Source: Solirubrobacterales bacterium (GTDB taxonomy: Bacteria; Actinomycetota; Thermoleophilia; Solirubrobacterales; 70-9). Taken from it: DNA of 64,000 nt. The stretch is from contig DATLSM010000073.1 in the NCBI GenBank assembly GCA_035534175.1, positions 338 through 64,337 on the forward strand. Reading direction: 5' to 3'. Each line of letters opens with the position of its first letter. Position 1 is the stretch's first letter. The position numbers and the translations under genes were made by a program. A model generated the notes under the pieces. The model did not search any database, was not told the origin of the DNA, and saw only the letters and a list, made by a program, of their open reading frames with translations. This document shows positions 45,476-54,427 of this stretch, piece after piece.

Positions 45476-46444
45476 ATGGAGAGCGACCGCATGCTGGAGG
45501 GGGTGCGGGCCGGGGGGCTGATGCCCAGCGGAACCCCGGTGCTCGTCCTGCTCTCCGGCGGGCGGGACTCGGTCTGCCTTCTCGACCTCGCGGTGCGGGC
45601 GCTGGGTCCAGGCGAGGTCACCGCGCTCCACGTCAACTACGGCCTGCGCGAGGACGCGGATCAGGATCAGCGTCACTGCCGAGACCTCTGCGCAGAGCTT
45701 CAGGTGGAGCTCGAGGTCGAGCGGCCCCGGCGGCCGGAGGGCCCGGGCAACCTGCAGTCGTGGGCACGCGACACGCGCTACGCGGCGGCCGCGCGGCTGG
45801 CGCTGCCCGGCGAGGCGACGATCGCCACCGGCCATACCGCCGATGACCAGGTGGAGACGATCCTCTATCGGCTCGCCTCCTCACCCAGCCGGCGCGCGTT
45901 GCTGGGGATGCGCCCTCGCGACGGGCGGCTGGCGCGCCCATTGCTCCCCTTCGCCCGCGCCGAGACGACTGCCTACTGCCAGGAGCGGGGCCTTGCCTGG
46001 CGCGACGATTCGACCAACGCCGAGGCGACCTACGCGCGCAACCGCGTGCGCCACGGGCTGATTCCGGCGCTCGCCGCGGTCCACCCGGCCGCGGCGGCGA
46101 ACGTGCTGCGCACGGCAGAGCTGTTGCGCGACGAGGCCGAGGTGCTCGACGCGATCGTCGCCGCCGAGGTCGACGGCTCAAAGGGGGCGGCGAGGGGCAC
46201 GATTGGGCTGGAGAGATTCGCCGCGCTGGCGCCGGCGCTTCGCCGGCTCGTCGTGCAACGGCTTGCCGACTCCGTCGCCGGGCGACCGGTGGCGGGGGCG
46301 GCCCGCCACGCCGAGGAGGTCGCGGCGCTACGCCGTACCGGCACCGCGATGCTCGACCTCGGCGGAGGGATTCGCGCCGTCGTCGAGCGTGGCGTGCTGC
46401 GCGTGGAGCGCCGTCAATCGGCCGACACGCCGATCGCGGGATAG
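45476..46444 (+). CDS. tilS: tRNA(Ile)-lysidine synthetase
   Basis: ORF 45476-46444. It has the PP-loop VLLSGGRDSVCLLDL. Confidence 0.85.
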   Translation: MESDRMLEGVRAGGLMPSGTPVLVLLSGGRDSVCLLDLAVRALGPGEVTALHVNYGLREDADQDQRHCRDLCAELQVELEVERPRRPEGPGNLQSWARDTRYAAAARLALPGEATIATGHTADDQVETILYRLASSPSRRALLGMRPRDGRLARPLLPFARAETTAYCQERGLAWRDDSTNAEATYARNRVRHGLIPALAAVHPAAAANVLRTAELLRDEAEVLDAIVAAEVDGSKGAARGTIGLERFAALAPALRRLVVQRLADSVAGRPVAGAARHAEEVAALRRTGTAMLDLGGGIRAVVERGVLRVERRQSADTPIAG

Positions 46445-46500
46445 GAGAGATAGAGGCCTGCTTTGGGCCCGTCGGCGGAAGCGTATTTAGACTGCTCGAG

Positions 46501-47028
46501 ATGGGCGACCCAGCGATCGGCGAGACCCTCGTCACCAGCGAGGAACTGCGGCGCCGCGTCGCCGAGCTCGGCGAGGAGGTCAGCAGCGACTACGGGGGGC
46601 GCGACCTCTTCATGGTCGGGGTGCTGAAGGGGGCCGTGCTCTTCCTCGCCGATCTGATGCGCAGCCTCACGATCTCCTGCGAGATCGACTTCATGGCCGT
46701 CTCCAGCTACGGCTCCCAGACCGACTCCTCCGGCGTGGTGCGGATCCTCAAGGACCTCGACGCGCCGATCGAGCAGCGCCACGTGCTGATCGTCGAGGAC
46801 ATCATCGACTCCGGTCTGACCCTCCACTACCTGATGCGCAATCTCCGGGCACGCAACCCCGCCTCGCTGGAGGTCTGCGCGCTTTTGACCAAGCCGGAGC
46901 GCCTCCGCGTCGACCTCTCACCGCGCTACGTCGGATTTGAGATCCCCGATCGCTTCGCGGTCGGGTACGGCCTCGACCACGCCCAGCGCTACCGCAACCT
47001 CGATTACGTCGCCGCGTTACGGGGATGA
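46501..47028 (+). CDS. hpt: hypoxanthine phosphoribosyltransferase
   Basis: ORF 46501-47028. It has the PRPP motif VLIVEDIIDSGLTL. Confidence 0.9.
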   Translation: MGDPAIGETLVTSEELRRRVAELGEEVSSDYGGRDLFMVGVLKGAVLFLADLMRSLTISCEIDFMAVSSYGSQTDSSGVVRILKDLDAPIEQRHVLIVEDIIDSGLTLHYLMRNLRARNPASLEVCALLTKPERLRVDLSPRYVGFEIPDRFAVGYGLDHAQRYRNLDYVAALRG

Positions 47029-47060
47029 GGGGCAAAACCGCCCTGGTACGCTGATTTCTC

Positions 47061-49022
47061 TTGCCCGTGAGGCGTTTCTTCAAAAGCGCGGCTTTCCCGA
47101 TCCTGCTGGTGGTGATCCTGGCGTTCGTCGCCCAGCGGTTCATCAACAGCTCGCCGGGTACCCCAGCGCCCTCATACAACGAACTGGTCAAGCCGAAGTC
47201 GGGCCTGATCGCGACCGGCCAGATCGAAGAAGTCTCGGTCAACACGAAGGAAAACTCGCTCAGCGTCAAGGAGACGAAGAAGGCCGGTGGCCAAAGCTTC
47301 TCCACCGGGTACCCGCCCAACGCCGAACAGAGCCTGATGAACCTGCTGGTCAGCGCCGAAGTGAAGACGGCGGTGCACGGCTCCGGCGGCTCCAACCTGC
47401 TCTCGCTGCTGATCACCATCCTGCCCTTCATCCTCTTCTTCGGCTTCTGGATCTTCCTGATGAACCAGATGCAGGGTGGCGGCTCGCGGGTGATGAATTT
47501 CGGCAAATCCAAAGCCAAGCGAATGTCGGTGGACGCGCCGAAAATCACCTTCCGCGACGTGGCCGGAGTCGACGAGGCGGTCCAGGAGCTGGAGGAGATC
47601 AAGGAATTCCTCGAGAACCCGAAGAAGTTTCAGGCCCTCGGTGCGCGGATCCCCAAGGGCGTCCTGCTCTACGGCCCCCCCGGGACCGGCAAGACGCTCT
47701 TGGCCCGCGCCGTCGCCGGCGAAGCGGGGGTTCCCTTCTTCTCGATCTCCGGTTCGGACTTCGTCGAGATGTTCGTCGGGGTCGGCGCGAGTCGCGTCCG
47801 CGACCTCTTCGAGCAGGCGAAGCAGAACTCCCCCTGCATCATCTTCATGGACGAGATCGATGCCGTCGGCCGCCATCGAGGCGCCGGAATGGGCGGCGGC
47901 CACGACGAGCGCGAGCAGACGCTGAACCAGCTGCTGGTCGAAATGGACGGCTTCGAGATGAAGGACAACATCATCCTCATCGCCGCCACCAATCGCCCCG
48001 ACATCCTTGACCCGGCGCTGCTGCGGCCGGGCCGCTTTGACCGCCAGGTGGTCGTCGACCGCCCCGATCGCAAGGGCCGTAAGCGGATCCTCGAGGTCCA
48101 CACTCGCGGCAAGCCGCTGGCGAAGGAGATCGAGCTGGACACGCTGGCCGGCCAGACCCCGGGCTTCACCGGCGCCGATCTCGCCAATCTGATCAATGAG
48201 GCCGCCCTGCTCACCGCTCGCCAGGGTCGGCGCGAGATTTCGATGCATGAGTTGGAGGAGGGAATCATGCGGGTCATCGCGGGCCCGGAGAAGAAAACCC
48301 GCGTGATGAGCGAGAAGGAGCGACTGATCACCGCCTACCACGAGCTCGGACATGCGATCGTCGGACACCTTTTGCCCAACTGTGACCCGGTGCACAAGAT
48401 CTCGATCATCAGCCGCGGCCAGGCGCTCGGCTACACGATCAGTCTGCCGACCGAAGACAAGTTCCTCACCTCGCGCGCCGAGCTGACCGACACGATGGCG
48501 ATGACCCTCGGCGGCCGGGCCGCGGAGGAGATTGTCTTCGGCGAGATCACCACCGGCGCCTCCAACGACCTGGAAAAGGTGACCGAGACCGCAAAGCAGA
48601 TGGTGATGCGGTTTGGCATGTCCGAGCGGCTCGGCCCGCGCGTTTTCGGCCACGACCGCGGCCAGCCCTTCCTCGGTCGCGAGTTCTCCTCCGAGCCCGA
48701 CTACTCCGACGAGATCGCACGCGAGATCGACGACGAGATCCGGCGCATCGTCGAGGGGGCTCACCAGACCGCGAAGGACCTTCTCACCGACAAGCGAGAG
48801 GCCCTGGACCGCGTCTCCAAGATCCTGCTCGAGCGAGAGACGATCGACGCCGAGCAGTTCGTGGCGCTGATCGACGGCAAGTCCGAGGCCGAGGTGTTCG
48901 CCGACGAGGAGGAGACGGCAAAGCCGGCGGCGCCCGAGGCCGCGCCCGAGCGGCCCCAGCGAGAGGGCGCCCGGCCGATGTCACGGCCGAGGCCCGGTTA
49001 CGCCAGCGGCGACGCGAGCTGA
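47061..49022 (+). CDS. ftsH: ATP-dependent zinc metalloprotease FtsH
   Basis: ORF 47061-49022. It has two N-terminal TM helices, [23 protein letters not shown], and the zinc motif HELGHAIVG. Confidence 0.95.
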   Translation: MPVRRFFKSAAFPILLVVILAFVAQRFINSSPGTPAPSYNELVKPKSGLIATGQIEEVSVNTKENSLSVKETKKAGGQSFSTGYPPNAEQSLMNLLVSAEVKTAVHGSGGSNLLSLLITILPFILFFGFWIFLMNQMQGGGSRVMNFGKSKAKRMSVDAPKITFRDVAGVDEAVQELEEIKEFLENPKKFQALGARIPKGVLLYGPPGTGKTLLARAVAGEAGVPFFSISGSDFVEMFVGVGASRVRDLFEQAKQNSPCIIFMDEIDAVGRHRGAGMGGGHDEREQTLNQLLVEMDGFEMKDNIILIAATNRPDILDPALLRPGRFDRQVVVDRPDRKGRKRILEVHTRGKPLAKEIELDTLAGQTPGFTGADLANLINEAALLTARQGRREISMHELEEGIMRVIAGPEKKTRVMSEKERLITAYHELGHAIVGHLLPNCDPVHKISIISRGQALGYTISLPTEDKFLTSRAELTDTMAMTLGGRAAEEIVFGEITTGASNDLEKVTETAKQMVMRFGMSERLGPRVFGHDRGQPFLGREFSSEPDYSDEIAREIDDEIRRIVEGAHQTAKDLLTDKREALDRVSKILLERETIDAEQFVALIDGKSEAEVFADEEETAKPAAPEAAPERPQREGARPMSRPRPGYASGDAS

Positions 49023-49294
49023 GAACCCCCTCCGCCGGCTGGGGTGGGTCGAGCCCGCCCGGCGGCACTCACTCCAATCAGCGCCAGGCGGCGAGAGTCG
49101 GTGCGAGGCTCGGCTTCAAGCCAACGAACCGCCGCAGTACCGAGCGCAGAAGCCGAGGAAGCACTCGCGGCAGCTCAGACGCTGTTTGGCGCGGCGTCCT
49201 CAGCGGCCGATGGAAGCCGCGGCGAGGATCACCTGCGCGCGGATCTTTTGCGCCCTCGCCCCAGGCGGGACTTGACAGAGATAGAAGCATCATC

Positions 49295-50092
49295 GTGATG
49301 CTCGCTGATCGGCTGATCATGGGAATAGTCAACGTGACGCCCGACTCCTTTTCGGACGGGGGGCTGTATCTCGATCCGGAGCGGGCGATCGCCCATGGCC
49401 AGAAGCTGGCGCGGGACGGGGCGGCGATTTTGGACGTCGGGGGGGAATCGACTCGTCCGGGGGCCGAGGAGGTGAGCGCCGCGGAGGAGCTGGGACGAGT
49501 CCTGCCGGCGATCGAGGGATTGGTCGGGGCTGGTGCCGCCGTCTCCGTCGACACCTCGAAGCTGGCGGTGGCCGAAGCGGCGCTGGAGGTCGGGGCGGAG
49601 ATCGTCAACGACGTCACGGCCCTGCGCCATGACCCCGAGATCGCGGGACTCTGCGCCGAGCGTGGCGCCGGCCTGGTCCTGATGCACATGCGGGGAGCTC
49701 CGCCGACGATGCAGGAGAGCCCGGTCTATGACGACGTGGTCGATGAGGTCAAGGCCTTCCTCGCCGAGCGGACGGAGGCCGCGCTCGCGGCCGGCGTGGA
49801 GGAGGAGCGGATCTGGCTTGATCCCGGGATCGGCTTTGGCAAGGACTTGGAGCACAACCTGGAATTGCTGCGACGACTCGGCGAGCTGCGCTCCCTCGGC
49901 CGGCCGCTGGTGATCGGCGCCTCGCGCAAGAGCTTCATCGGCATGGTCGATGACTCAGCGTCCCGGGAGCGCCTCGGTGGCACGATCGCCGCCTCTGTAC
50001 TCGCGCTCGCCGAGGGCGCCGACGTCCTCCGGGTCCATGACGTGGCCCAGGCCGCGCAGGCCATGCGGGTGGCCGCCGCGATCCTTGGATAG
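49295..50092 (+). CDS. folP: dihydropteroate synthase
   Basis: ORF 49295-50092. It has IMGIVNVTPDSFSDGG and GAAILDVGGESTRPG. Confidence 0.9.
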   Translation: MMLADRLIMGIVNVTPDSFSDGGLYLDPERAIAHGQKLARDGAAILDVGGESTRPGAEEVSAAEELGRVLPAIEGLVGAGAAVSVDTSKLAVAEAALEVGAEIVNDVTALRHDPEIAGLCAERGAGLVLMHMRGAPPTMQESPVYDDVVDEVKAFLAERTEAALAAGVEEERIWLDPGIGFGKDLEHNLELLRRLGELRSLGRPLVIGASRKSFIGMVDDSASRERLGGTIAASVLALAEGADVLRVHDVAQAAQAMRVAAAILG

Positions 50093-50103
50093 GTTGACGC
50101 CGC

Positions 50104-50529
50104 ATGGAGGCTCATGGCAACGGAATCGAATCGGGCGTCGAGGTGGAGCTGCGAGGGCTCTCGATCTACACCCATCACGGCGTCAGCGAGGCGGAGCAGG
50201 AGATCGGACAGCGCCTGGAGTTCGACGTTTCCTTCGACGTTCCCGACTGCGACGCGGTGCTCACCGACCGGCTGGAGGACACCGTCGACTACGCCCAGGT
50301 CTGCGACATCGTGGCTCTGGCCGCGACCGAGCGCAGCTACAAGACGCTGGAGCGTCTCGCCCAGGTGATCGGCGAGCGGCTGATGGAGCGCTACGGCTGC
50401 GAGTCGGTCCGGGTGCGCGCCGCCAAGCCCGAGCCGCCGCTGCCCCTCGCAATCCAGGAGGTCGCCGTCGAGGTGACCCACGACCGCTCGGTCGAGGAGG
50501 ACGGCGGCGGGGAGGGCAACGGCGATTAG
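50104..50529 (+). CDS. folB: dihydroneopterin aldolase
   Basis: ORF 50104-50529. It has VELRGLSIYTHHGVSEAEQEIGQRLEFDV and TVDYAQV. Confidence 0.85.
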   Translation: MEAHGNGIESGVEVELRGLSIYTHHGVSEAEQEIGQRLEFDVSFDVPDCDAVLTDRLEDTVDYAQVCDIVALAATERSYKTLERLAQVIGERLMERYGCESVRVRAAKPEPPLPLAIQEVAVEVTHDRSVEEDGGGEGNGD

Positions 50530-50533
50530 CGAG

Positions 50534-51028
50534 GTGCGCACCGGCTATCTCGGGCTGGGGTCCAACGTGGGCGAGCGCGAGGGGCACCTGCGGGCGGCGA
50601 TCGGGTCCCTGCGCCAGAGCGGGATCGAGGTCGGGGCGGTCTCCTGCGTCTATGTGACCGAGCCGGTGGGGGAGGTCCTCGACCAGCCGGACTTCCTCAA
50701 CGCCGCGGTTCGCATCGCCACCGGCCTGGAGCCCGAGGCGCTGCTCGACCGCTGCAAGGAGATCGAGGCCGGGCGGGGCCGCGCCCTAGGGCAGCCCCGC
50801 CACAGCCCGCGTCCGCTCGATCTCGACCTGCTGCTCCTCGGCGCCCTGCAGCTGCGGACCGGGCGCCTGACCCTGCCCCATCCCGAGATCACCACTCGCC
50901 GCTTCGTCCTCCTCCCTCTGCTGGAGTTGGACCCTGGCCTGAGGCTCCCCGACGGGACCAGCCTGGCGCAGGCGCTTGACCTTCTCGGCCCCGGCCAGCG
51001 GGCCGAGAAGGTGGGCCCTCTGGGTTAG
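50534..51028 (+). CDS. folK: 2-amino-4-hydroxy-6-hydroxymethyldihydropteridine diphosphokinase
   Basis: ORF 50534-51028. It has YLGLGSNVG, PRPLDLDLL and LPHPEITTRRFVLLPLLEL. Confidence 0.85.
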   Translation: MRTGYLGLGSNVGEREGHLRAAIGSLRQSGIEVGAVSCVYVTEPVGEVLDQPDFLNAAVRIATGLEPEALLDRCKEIEAGRGRALGQPRHSPRPLDLDLLLLGALQLRTGRLTLPHPEITTRRFVLLPLLELDPGLRLPDGTSLAQALDLLGPGQRAEKVGPLG

Positions 51029-51783
51029 GCGGCCGCGGTGGCCGTGCCGCGCAGCGGCGCCAGCCAGGCCGGCGGCAGGATCGCGGGAATGTGGCCGGGG
51101 TAGTGCGGAACCACGCGCTTTGCCAGCTCTCCCGCGGGCCGCCCCTCGATTGAGGGACGCAGGTCCTCGAGGGTCATCGCCAACCCGAGGCTGGGGGCGA
51201 TCTGGAAATCAGCCGCGTTTAGCTGCTCCCCGTTCAGCACCCCGGCGGCGATCCAGCCGTCGACCTTCTCCAGCATCTCCGGCAGTTCGGCGAGGGCGCG
51301 CCGGACGTGCTGGTCATCGGCCTTGTTGAAGCGGGCCGAGAGGGCCACGATCGGCGCTGCCGTGAGCATCGCCAGGTCGATCGGGACCCCGAGCCTCGCG
51401 CCCTCCGAATAGCTGCGCAGAGGCGCCCTGTCCTTCTTGATCGCCCACCAGAGGATCTGGCGCATCGGCGCCTGCAGGCTTGCCTCGCCGAAGCCCTCCG
51501 CCTCCTCGACCTCGCTCCGGCGCTTTGGCTCGGCGGGGAAGAGCGGCGGCTCGGGCCGCACCCGCTCGAGCTCGCGGGCGATCTCCCGCGAGCCCTGCAC
51601 CCTGGCGCCCTCGAGCTTCAGGGCGGGCACGGTGACCCCGGGAAAGCCGACCGCGCGCAGCGCCAGCTTGGAGATCACCGGCAGCAGGTCGGTCCGCTTG
51701 TAGGGGATGCCCTTGTGCTCGAGCATCAGCCCCGCGGCGATGCTCGGGTGCGAGGCCGGGATCACGTAGAGCCGTGCGTTCAC
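51025..51783 (-). CDS. glutathione S-transferase-like protein
   Basis: ORF 51025-51978 trimmed to GTG 51783 (VNARLYVIPASHPSIAAGLMLEHKGIPYKRTDL). It has a thioredoxin-fold N-terminus. Confidence 0.65.
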   Translation of the reverse strand: MNARLYVIPASHPSIAAGLMLEHKGIPYKRTDLLPVISKLALRAVGFPGVTVPALKLEGARVQGSREIARELERVRPEPPLFPAEPKRRSEVEEAEGFGEASLQAPMRQILWWAIKKDRAPLRSYSEGARLGVPIDLAMLTAAPIVALSARFNKADDQHVRRALAELPEMLEKVDGWIAAGVLNGEQLNAADFQIAPSLGLAMTLEDLRPSIEGRPAGELAKRVVPHYPGHIPAILPPAWLAPLRGTATAAA

Positions 51784-51808
51784 TGGCGAAGCAGCATAAT
51801 CATCGCCC

Positions 51809-52570
51809 GTGCTCCTCGCGGTAGACGTCGGCAACACCCAGACCCACCTCGGTGCCTTCGAGGGCCAGAGCCTGGCCGAGCACTGGCGCTTCCAAACCCG
51901 CGCCGGAGCAACCGGCGACGAGCTGGCCGAGCGGATCGGCGGCCTTCTCGCACTGCGCGGCATGGCTCTTGGTGACATCGACGCGGTCTGCGTCTCCTCG
52001 GTGGTGCCGCCGCTCGGCGCCCAGTACGAGCAGCTGGTCGAGCGCTACCTGGAGGCCGAGTACCTGTCGGTCGCGCCGGGGGTCAAGACCGGGATGGCGA
52101 TCAGAATCGAGAATCCGCTGGAGGTCGGGGCGGACCGGCTGGTCAACGCCGTCGCCGCCTATGACCGGGTGCACGGCGCCTGCGTGGTCGTCGACTTCGG
52201 CACCGGCATCAACTTCGACGCGGTCTCCGCCGCGGGCGAGTACCTGGGCGGGGCGATCGCCCCGGGCCTGGAGGTCTCTCTCACCGCCCTGGTCGAGAGG
52301 GCGGCGCGGATCCCGCGCATTGATCTCGGCGAGCCCGACGCGGCGATCGGGCGCTCCAGCCGCGCCGCGATCCAGTCGGGCTTCGTCTTCGGCTTCGCCG
52401 GGTTGATCGACGGCATCGCCCGGCGGATAGAGAAGGAGCTGGGTGAGGCGCGCTTCCTCGCCACCGGCGGCCTGGCCTCCTCGATCGTCCCCTTCACCGA
52501 GACGATCGACGAGGTGGATGACCTGCTTACCCTGAGGGGTCTCCGTCTGATCTATGACCGCAACCGATAA
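51809..52570 (+). CDS. coaX: type III pantothenate kinase
   Basis: ORF 51809-52570 with a GTG start. It reads LLAVDVGNTQTHLGAF...VVVDFGTGINFD. Confidence 0.85.
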   Translation: MLLAVDVGNTQTHLGAFEGQSLAEHWRFQTRAGATGDELAERIGGLLALRGMALGDIDAVCVSSVVPPLGAQYEQLVERYLEAEYLSVAPGVKTGMAIRIENPLEVGADRLVNAVAAYDRVHGACVVVDFGTGINFDAVSAAGEYLGGAIAPGLEVSLTALVERAARIPRIDLGEPDAAIGRSSRAAIQSGFVFGFAGLIDGIARRIEKELGEARFLATGGLASSIVPFTETIDEVDDLLTLRGLRLIYDRNR

Positions 52571-53675
52571 AGCACGATCTCCTCTGCTCCCCTCCTCAGC
52601 CGCCGGGGGCTCTGCATCGGTCAGCCTCGGAGGGGACGGTGATCGAGAGCCGCCCGCGGCCGCGATCGCATCGGTGCTCAGCGGCCTGGGCCGGCCAGCG
52701 CTGATCGAGCCATTCGAGATCGGCGGATTGAAGATCGAGAACCGGGTTGTGCTGGCTCCCCTGGCGGGGATCGGGAACTGGTTCGTCCGCCTGCAGGCCA
52801 AGCGCCACGGGGCGGGGTTGGCCGTCTCGGAGATGGTCTCCAGCTTCGGCCTCCATCACCGCAACGAGCGCACCCTGCGCGAGCTGATGCGGATCCACCC
52901 CGACGAGCACCCCGTCTCGATTCAGCTCTTCGGCCACGACCCCGACGTGATGCGCTCCGGCGCCGCGATTGCCGCCGAGGCGGGAGCCGACCTGATCGAC
53001 ATCAACATGGGCTGTCCGGTGCGAAAGGTGCGCCGCACCGGCGCCGGTGCCGAGCTGCTGCGCGACCCCGAGCTCGCCATTGCCCTCGCTCGGGCGGCGT
53101 CTGCGGGCAGCGGCCGGCCGGTGACCGTCAAGCTGCGGTCGGGGATCGAGGCCGGCGACCGCTCCGGCTTTGACCTCGCCCTGCGGCTTGTCGCCGAGGC
53201 CGAGGTGGCCGCCATCGCCTTCCACCCCCGCGCCGCGGCGAGCGGCCACAAGGGAGCGCCCGATTACGCGCTGACCCGCGAGCTGGCCGAGAGCGTCGGG
53301 GTGCCGGTGATCATCTCCGGCGGTCTGAAGAGCGCCGAGGCGGCGCGGCGCGCCTACGAGGAGTCCGGCGCCGACGCGGTGATGATCGCCCGCGGTGGGC
53401 TCGGCAACCCCTGGGTTTTCGAGGAGCTGACCGGCCGCCGCTCGCTGCCACCCAGCCGGGCGGAGGTGGTCGCCGAGCTTCTCTGGGTTCTCGATCAGGC
53501 CGAGGATCATCTCGGCCCGGAGAGGGCGGAGCGCTACCTGCGCAAGTTCTATCCCTGGTACCTGCCTCTTCTCGACCTCCCGGAGCCGCTCGCCCAGGAG
53601 CTTCAGCAGGACGCCGGCCTGCCGCGGGCGCGAGCCCTGATCGCCTCCCTCGCCGCGCCGATCACGATCGATTAG
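52554..53675 (+). CDS. tRNA-dihydrouridine synthase
   Basis: ORF 52554-53675. The start is uncertain (an alternative is GTG 52674). It has NRVVLAPLAGIGN and DINMGCPVRKV. Confidence 0.85.
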   Translation: MTATDKARSPLLPSSAAGGSASVSLGGDGDREPPAAAIASVLSGLGRPALIEPFEIGGLKIENRVVLAPLAGIGNWFVRLQAKRHGAGLAVSEMVSSFGLHHRNERTLRELMRIHPDEHPVSIQLFGHDPDVMRSGAAIAAEAGADLIDINMGCPVRKVRRTGAGAELLRDPELAIALARAASAGSGRPVTVKLRSGIEAGDRSGFDLALRLVAEAEVAAIAFHPRAAASGHKGAPDYALTRELAESVGVPVIISGGLKSAEAARRAYEESGADAVMIARGGLGNPWVFEELTGRRSLPPSRAEVVAELLWVLDQAEDHLGPERAERYLRKFYPWYLPLLDLPEPLAQELQQDAGLPRARALIASLAAPITID

Positions 53676-53684
53676 CGGGCCTCT

Positions 53685-53712
53685 ATTGCCGGGGTTGACC
53701 CCTCGCTATAAT
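53685..53712 (+). promoter_or_regulatory. candidate sigma-70-type promoter (ATTGCC/TTGCCG ... TATAAT) upstream of greA
   Basis: A perfect TATAAT lies at 53707-53712. A -35-like hexamer lies 15-16 nt upstream. Confidence 0.35.
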
Positions 53713-53726
53713 CCCGCGACTTCGTG

Positions 53727-53767
53727 CCCAGGTGTGGCGAGCGAAATCCGCCGCATCCGGGTTTTTT
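53727..53767 (+). terminator. intrinsic terminator / leader attenuator between dus and greA
   Basis: A 13-bp stem pairs CCCAGGTGTGGCG with CGCCGCATCCGGG (1 mismatch, 2 G-U pairs). The loop is 9 nt. TTTTTT follows at 53762-53767. Confidence 0.6.
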
Positions 53768-53821
53768 GGGTCTGGGAGCCAATTCCCGGCTCCCCCGCAA
53801 ACAGAAGCGAGGTTGGACACT

Positions 53822-54301
53822 GTGAGTCGCCAGGCCGTCATCACCCCAGAAGGGCTCGAGAAACTGAAGCAGGAGATCGAGCACCTCTCGACGACCAAAC
53901 GCCGCGAGGTCGCGGAGCGGATCAAAGAAGCGCGCGAGTTCGGCGACATCTCCGAGAACGCCGAGTACGACGATGCCAAGAACGAACAGGCTCTGCTCGA
54001 GGGGCGAATCGCCCAGCTTGAGGAGCGGCTACGCCGGGCCACCGTGATCGACGAGAAGGCGCTCGGCACCGACGAGGTGAAGTTTGGCTCGATCGTCCAC
54101 GTCAAGGACCAAAAGACCGGCGACTCGCAGAAATTCCAGATCGTCGGTTCGACCGAGGCCAACCCTCTGGAGCACAAACTCTCCAACGAATCCCCGATCG
54201 GGAAAGCTCTGGTTGGGCGCAAGCGCAACGACGTGGTGACGGTCGAAGTGCCGCGCGGTCCGAAGAAAAAACTGAAAATCACGAAGATCGAGACTGCCTG
54301 A
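53822..54301 (+). CDS. greA: transcription elongation factor GreA
   Basis: ORF 53732-54301 trimmed to GTG 53822. It reads ITPEGLEKLKQEIEHL...EFGDISENAEYDDAKNEQALLEGRIAQLE. Confidence 0.9.
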   Translation: MSRQAVITPEGLEKLKQEIEHLSTTKRREVAERIKEAREFGDISENAEYDDAKNEQALLEGRIAQLEERLRRATVIDEKALGTDEVKFGSIVHVKDQKTGDSQKFQIVGSTEANPLEHKLSNESPIGKALVGRKRNDVVTVEVPRGPKKKLKITKIETA

Positions 54302-54427
54302 GAGCCCCGCAGGGCGACGGATCTGGGGGCCAGTGGTCCTCGCCCCCTCATTCACCCACTGGGGTACGCTCGCTCGCGGCTGCGGCCTGTTTCCCCCAAA
54401 CCGCCTGCGCTTCGGCACTCTCAGAAC

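Noticed and set aside
49023-49294. A ZTP or THF riboswitch, or a degraded folE, in the ftsH-folP spacer. ORF 49044-49298 was also considered.
   Set aside because: The only CCGCCTGGG-like element is on the wrong (minus) strand. There is no GACTGGCG-type 5-prime domain. The three forward frames give no GTP cyclohydrolase-like text. The 84-aa ORF is Ala/Arg-rich with no support.
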